Origin: Acidobacteriota bacterium
Lineage (GTDB): Bacteria; Acidobacteriota; UBA4820; DSQY01
Assembly: GCA_021787565.1 (NCBI GenBank)
Contig: JAJYLT010000016.1
Span: 9,156-73,155, forward strand
Direction of reading: 5' to 3'
DNA: 64,000 nt
The translations under genes were made by a program, and so were the position numbers. The notes beneath the pieces were generated by a model. The model did no database searches, was not told where the DNA came from, and saw only the letters and a program-made list of their open reading frames with translations. Below, piece by piece: positions 60,341-64,000 of this stretch (position 1 is its first letter; every line of letters begins with the position of its first letter).

Positions 60341-62317
60341 ATGAACGTCTTGAAACGCATGCGCAACATGGGATTCCTGAAGTTTCTGCTGTGGATCATC
60401 GTCATCTCCTTCGTCATGGCGATCTTCACCCTCTGGGGCGGGGGCCTCGAGTACGAGAAGCGGGGCAGTTCCCTCTTCGGGGGCGACTACGCCGTGAAGG
60501 TGGATGGCGACAGCCTTCCTCCCGCCGTGTTCCGCCTCAAGTACCGCTTTTACGTGGACAGGATCAAGTCCATGCTGGGGGACAACTTCCGGGACAGCTT
60601 CCTCCAGGGCGCGCCGCAGAACATCGCCAACCAGATGGTCGACGAGCTCATCCTCACCAGGATGGCCAAGTCCTACGGGCTTTCGGTGAGCAATGAGGAT
60701 CTGGCCGCCACGATCCAGCGGCTCTACAATTTTACCGATCCCAAGTCCCAGTATCCGCAGCTCCTCGGCAGCCTGGGCGTCTCCGCCCAGGACTACCAGA
60801 CCTTCCTGCGGACGGAGCTGCTGATGGAGAAGCTGCACGACCTCCTGACGAGCTCGGTCTATCTCTCGGACGCCGACCTCAGGCGGCTCTACGCCGAACA
60901 GAACGACAAGTTCAAGGCGACCCTCGTCCAGGTTCCCGCCAGCCGGTTCGACCAGCAGGTGGGGGCCATCACGGACGCGGACCTCAAAGCCCGGTACGAC
61001 CAGGAGAAGGCCAGCCTCAAGATCCCCGAGAAGCGCGCCATTCAGTACGTCATGCTCTCCAAAAACTACTTCGAGAGCCGGGTCAAGCTCTCGGACGCCC
61101 AGCTCCAGGCGTACTACAACGCCCATCAGGCCGATTTCTCGATCCCGGCCACCGATCGCAGGGCCAGCCACATCCTCATCCGGGTGGCGCAGGACGCCAA
61201 GCCCGCTGAAGTCGAGGCCGCCAGGAAGAAGGCCCAGGAAATCTACGACAAGATCAAGGCCGGCGCGGATTTCGCGACCATGGCCAAGGCCTACTCCCAG
61301 GACAGTACGGCGCAGCGGGGCGGGGACCTGGGGTGGTTCTCGCGGACCGCCATGGTAAAGCCCTTTGCGGATGCGGTGTTCGATCAGTGCAAGGCGGTGG
61401 GCGACGTGGTGGGGCCCATCAGGACGCAGTTCGGCTTCCACATCATCAAGCTCACGGGCATAGGCCCCCAGACCAAGCCGTTCCGAGAGGTCCAGTACCA
61501 GGTCAAGCAGGCCATGCTGCTCAAGGACCCCGCCATTCAGAGCGAGGTCCAGAAACAGTACGACCATGCGCAGAAGATGCTCTCCTCCCTGAAGGGCGAC
61601 GAAGACCTGAAGGCCCTCGATAAGGGCTACGGTATCAAGCCGGCCGACGTCGCGGCCCCCTTCGGGGAGAACCAGGCCATCGGCCCGCTGGGCTTCGATC
61701 CGGAGCTGTCCAAGGCGATTTTCGCCACCGCCCAGGGGGCGTGGTCGAAGGTCCTTCCCTACCGCGACGGCGGCGTGATCCGCTTCAAGGTAACCACCAT
61801 CCAGCCCGCCCACACGGCCAGCTTCGACGAGGCCAAGAACCAGCTCCGGCAGGAGATCCAGAACGATCGGGCTTCCGCCTTCGCCAAGACGGCCGCCTCC
61901 GTTCTGCTGGCGGGGGCGAAGGATGCCACCTCCCTCGAAGCCGACGCCAAGAAGGACAGCTACACCCCGCAGCAGGTGGGTCCGCTCACCGCCACCGACA
62001 CCATCCCGAACGTGGGCAAGGATCCGGAGGTCAACAAGGCCTTCCTCGCCGCCAAGGCCGGCGACAAGGTGGGGCCGATCTCCACCAAGACTGGCTGGGT
62101 CGTGGGCATCGTGACCGATCGCACCAACGCCGACATGAAGAAATTCGAAGAGGACAAGGACCAGTTCGCCCAGACCCAGGCCGGCAAGGTTGCGGAACAG
62201 TGGATGAACGATTACGTGGAGCGCCAGCGACAGGCTCTCGACGCGAAGAAGGCCATCCGGTTCAACGAGTCCCTCATCAAGGAGATGGAGCCCGCTTCCG
62301 CCAAACAGGCCGGCTAG
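60341..62317 (+). CDS. PpiD/SurA-type membrane-anchored peptidyl-prolyl isomerase
   Basis: N-terminal TM anchor, SurA-N region, parvulin motifs ASHILI, GGDLGWF, TQFGFHIIK. Confidence 0.9.
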   Translation: MNVLKRMRNMGFLKFLLWIIVISFVMAIFTLWGGGLEYEKRGSSLFGGDYAVKVDGDSLPPAVFRLKYRFYVDRIKSMLGDNFRDSFLQGAPQNIANQMVDELILTRMAKSYGLSVSNEDLAATIQRLYNFTDPKSQYPQLLGSLGVSAQDYQTFLRTELLMEKLHDLLTSSVYLSDADLRRLYAEQNDKFKATLVQVPASRFDQQVGAITDADLKARYDQEKASLKIPEKRAIQYVMLSKNYFESRVKLSDAQLQAYYNAHQADFSIPATDRRASHILIRVAQDAKPAEVEAARKKAQEIYDKIKAGADFATMAKAYSQDSTAQRGGDLGWFSRTAMVKPFADAVFDQCKAVGDVVGPIRTQFGFHIIKLTGIGPQTKPFREVQYQVKQAMLLKDPAIQSEVQKQYDHAQKMLSSLKGDEDLKALDKGYGIKPADVAAPFGENQAIGPLGFDPELSKAIFATAQGAWSKVLPYRDGGVIRFKVTTIQPAHTASFDEAKNQLRQEIQNDRASAFAKTAASVLLAGAKDATSLEADAKKDSYTPQQVGPLTATDTIPNVGKDPEVNKAFLAAKAGDKVGPISTKTGWVVGIVTDRTNADMKKFEEDKDQFAQTQAGKVAEQWMNDYVERQRQALDAKKAIRFNESLIKEMEPASAKQAG

Positions 62318-62337
62318 GACTCACTTCTGGAGTCGCC

Positions 62338-63441
62338 ATGATCAGGGTCGGCAGGATCGCAAGCTTCTTGGCCGCAGGACTCATGCTGACGGGGCTCACC
62401 TCTCACGGGGGTCAGCCCGTTCAGGTTCAGCCCATCCCCCTCGACATTGCGGCGGATTTCGGCCCCCTCCTCTGCGGCGGCCGCCTCTACGTGTTCAGCT
62501 CCAGCGGCCGCAACCAGATCATGAGTCCGGGGGATACGGCGCCCGACTGCGACCCCGTCCAGATCATGCCCCTCATGCAGCCCCGCTGCGGGCCGACGGG
62601 CCCGCTACTGGCGGACCGCGACGGGAACCTCTGGCAGATGGGCAAGGGCATGCCCGTGGAGGTGGGGCGCCTGCAAGGCCCGCCCTCCCAGCTCGTGGCG
62701 CTTCTGCCGAGCCAAGACGGAGCCGTGGAAGTCTACGCGGACCGAATCGTTTTCCCCGAAACCCAGACCCAAACCCTTCCGCTTAAGGCCACATCGGCCA
62801 TGCGGTTGGCCGATGGCGGTTTCTGGGTTTGGAACGCCCGATCGGCGGCCCGTCTGAATCCGCGGGGACGGACGCTCTGGACCTGGACGCCGAAGGGGGA
62901 GGGACCGGCCCCGGCGGTGCTGGCGGACGGACTCCTGCTGGCGGGCACCAGCAGCGGCTCCCTCGTGGCCCTTTCGGACGCCGAAGGCAAGCAGCGCTAC
63001 CGCTACCGTGGCGGCGGGCAGGTGGTGAACCCGCCGTGGGTAACCGGCAAGCTCGTCGTATACGCCTCCCTTGACCACCTCGTGAGGGCGCTGAGGATAC
63101 GCTCCGGCCAGCTCGCCTGGCAGTTCCGCACCGACGGCAGGCCCTCCTTCGGCCCATACCCCGTGCAGGCCGGCCTGCTCTTCGCCGAGGACCCGGGCCG
63201 GCGGCTGTTCATCCTCGATCCGATGTCCGGCAGGGAGATCTGGAGCTGGCGCGTACCGGAGGGCGCCATTCTGAAGGCGCCGGCCGTCGCCGGGGACCAG
63301 GCGGCGGTGCTGGCCTGGAGCGACACGCCCGAGCCCACCCTCTACCGCGTCACCCTTCCCCCGAAGCCTTCGCCCCCCAAGGCCAAGGCCCCGCATCCAT
63401 CGAAGGCTTCGCCTTCCAGGACGAAGACGCTCCATCCATGA
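62338..63441 (+). CDS. PQQ-like beta-propeller repeat protein (BamB-like)
   Basis: Signal peptide; repeats such as LVALSDAEGKQRY, ALRIRSGQLAWQF, LDPMSGREIWSW. Confidence 0.7.
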   Translation: MIRVGRIASFLAAGLMLTGLTSHGGQPVQVQPIPLDIAADFGPLLCGGRLYVFSSSGRNQIMSPGDTAPDCDPVQIMPLMQPRCGPTGPLLADRDGNLWQMGKGMPVEVGRLQGPPSQLVALLPSQDGAVEVYADRIVFPETQTQTLPLKATSAMRLADGGFWVWNARSAARLNPRGRTLWTWTPKGEGPAPAVLADGLLLAGTSSGSLVALSDAEGKQRYRYRGGGQVVNPPWVTGKLVVYASLDHLVRALRIRSGQLAWQFRTDGRPSFGPYPVQAGLLFAEDPGRRLFILDPMSGREIWSWRVPEGAILKAPAVAGDQAAVLAWSDTPEPTLYRVTLPPKPSPPKAKAPHPSKASPSRTKTLHP

Positions 63442-64000
63442 CCCCGAACCCCATCTGGATCACCCTCGACGATTTCGTGCCGGATGCGCGCCTGACAGAG
63501 TTCCTGGCGCGCTCCATCCCATACGGGGTGATCTTGTTCGCCCGCCATCTCAAGAGCGGGCAGCAGGTGGCCGAGCTCTGCCAGGCCATCCACGGCTCCG
63601 CCATGGGGTTCTCCCCCCTGATCGCCCTGGACCAGGAGGGGGGCAGGGTCAGCCGGCTTGCCGCCCTTGGATATGACCTGCCGGGCGCGGAGTCTTGCTC
63701 GGCGGACCCGGACAGAGCGAGGGCCGCCGGGACGGAGGCCGGGGAGATCCTGCACAGCCTGGGGTTCGACGTCGACTTCGCCCCCGTGGCGGACCTCGGC
63801 CCGGCCTGTCCGGGCACGGGACTCGAGGGAAGACTCTACGGCGACGATCCTCGCACGGTCAGCTCCTGCTGCAGGGCCTTCATCGAGGGCCTTCACGGCG
63901 CCGGCGTCGAGGGCTGCCTGAAGCATTTCCCGGGGCTGGGGGGCACTCGCTTGGACAGCCACCGCGCCCTACCCCTCGTAGAGGGCAGCCTGATGGACCG
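63438..64000 (+). CDS. nagZ: GH3 beta-N-acetylhexosaminidase (3' end outside window)
   Basis: GVILFAR, DQEGGRVSRL, FAPVAD, KHFPGLG...DSH; ATG overlaps the upstream stop. Confidence 0.88.
   Translation, partial: MTPNPIWITLDDFVPDARLTEFLARSIPYGVILFARHLKSGQQVAELCQAIHGSAMGFSPLIALDQEGGRVSRLAALGYDLPGAESCSADPDRARAAGTEAGEILHSLGFDVDFAPVADLGPACPGTGLEGRLYGDDPRTVSSCCRAFIEGLHGAGVEGCLKHFPGLGGTRLDSHRALPLVEGSLMD

Overview
GC-rich (roughly 70% by eye) chromosomal window from a diderm bacterium (lpxB, SurA/PpiD-type chaperone, outer-membrane beta-barrels). It carries glycogen/trehalose metabolism genes (glgB, GH57, glgP, otsAB fusion, HAD-otsB fusion, GH15), secreted hydrolases, translation/RNA genes (arfB, DEAD helicase, RluA-family synthase, dusA, rpmB), metH plus a yitJ-like gene, and many gene remnants. 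Four signals stand out. (1) A candidate non-canonical SOS/mutagenesis regulon: an XRE-HTH + S24 autopeptidase repressor (followed by DUF72) and a dnaE2-like polymerase have homologous sigma70 promoters with the same palindrome, ATAGTCA-N4-TGACYAT, at the same position. (2) Six copies of a ~151-bp MITE with IS1380-like terminal repeats and 5-6 bp target duplications, whose interior is a GTAG-type REP doublet (REPIN). (3) An orphan sigma54 promoter in front of a ~115-nt structured candidate sRNA with CCUCC anti-SD motifs. (4) A sigma54-promoted Cyc2-like cytochrome-porin with a monoheme cytochrome c. All calls come from reading the sequence by eye; no database searches or folding programs were run.
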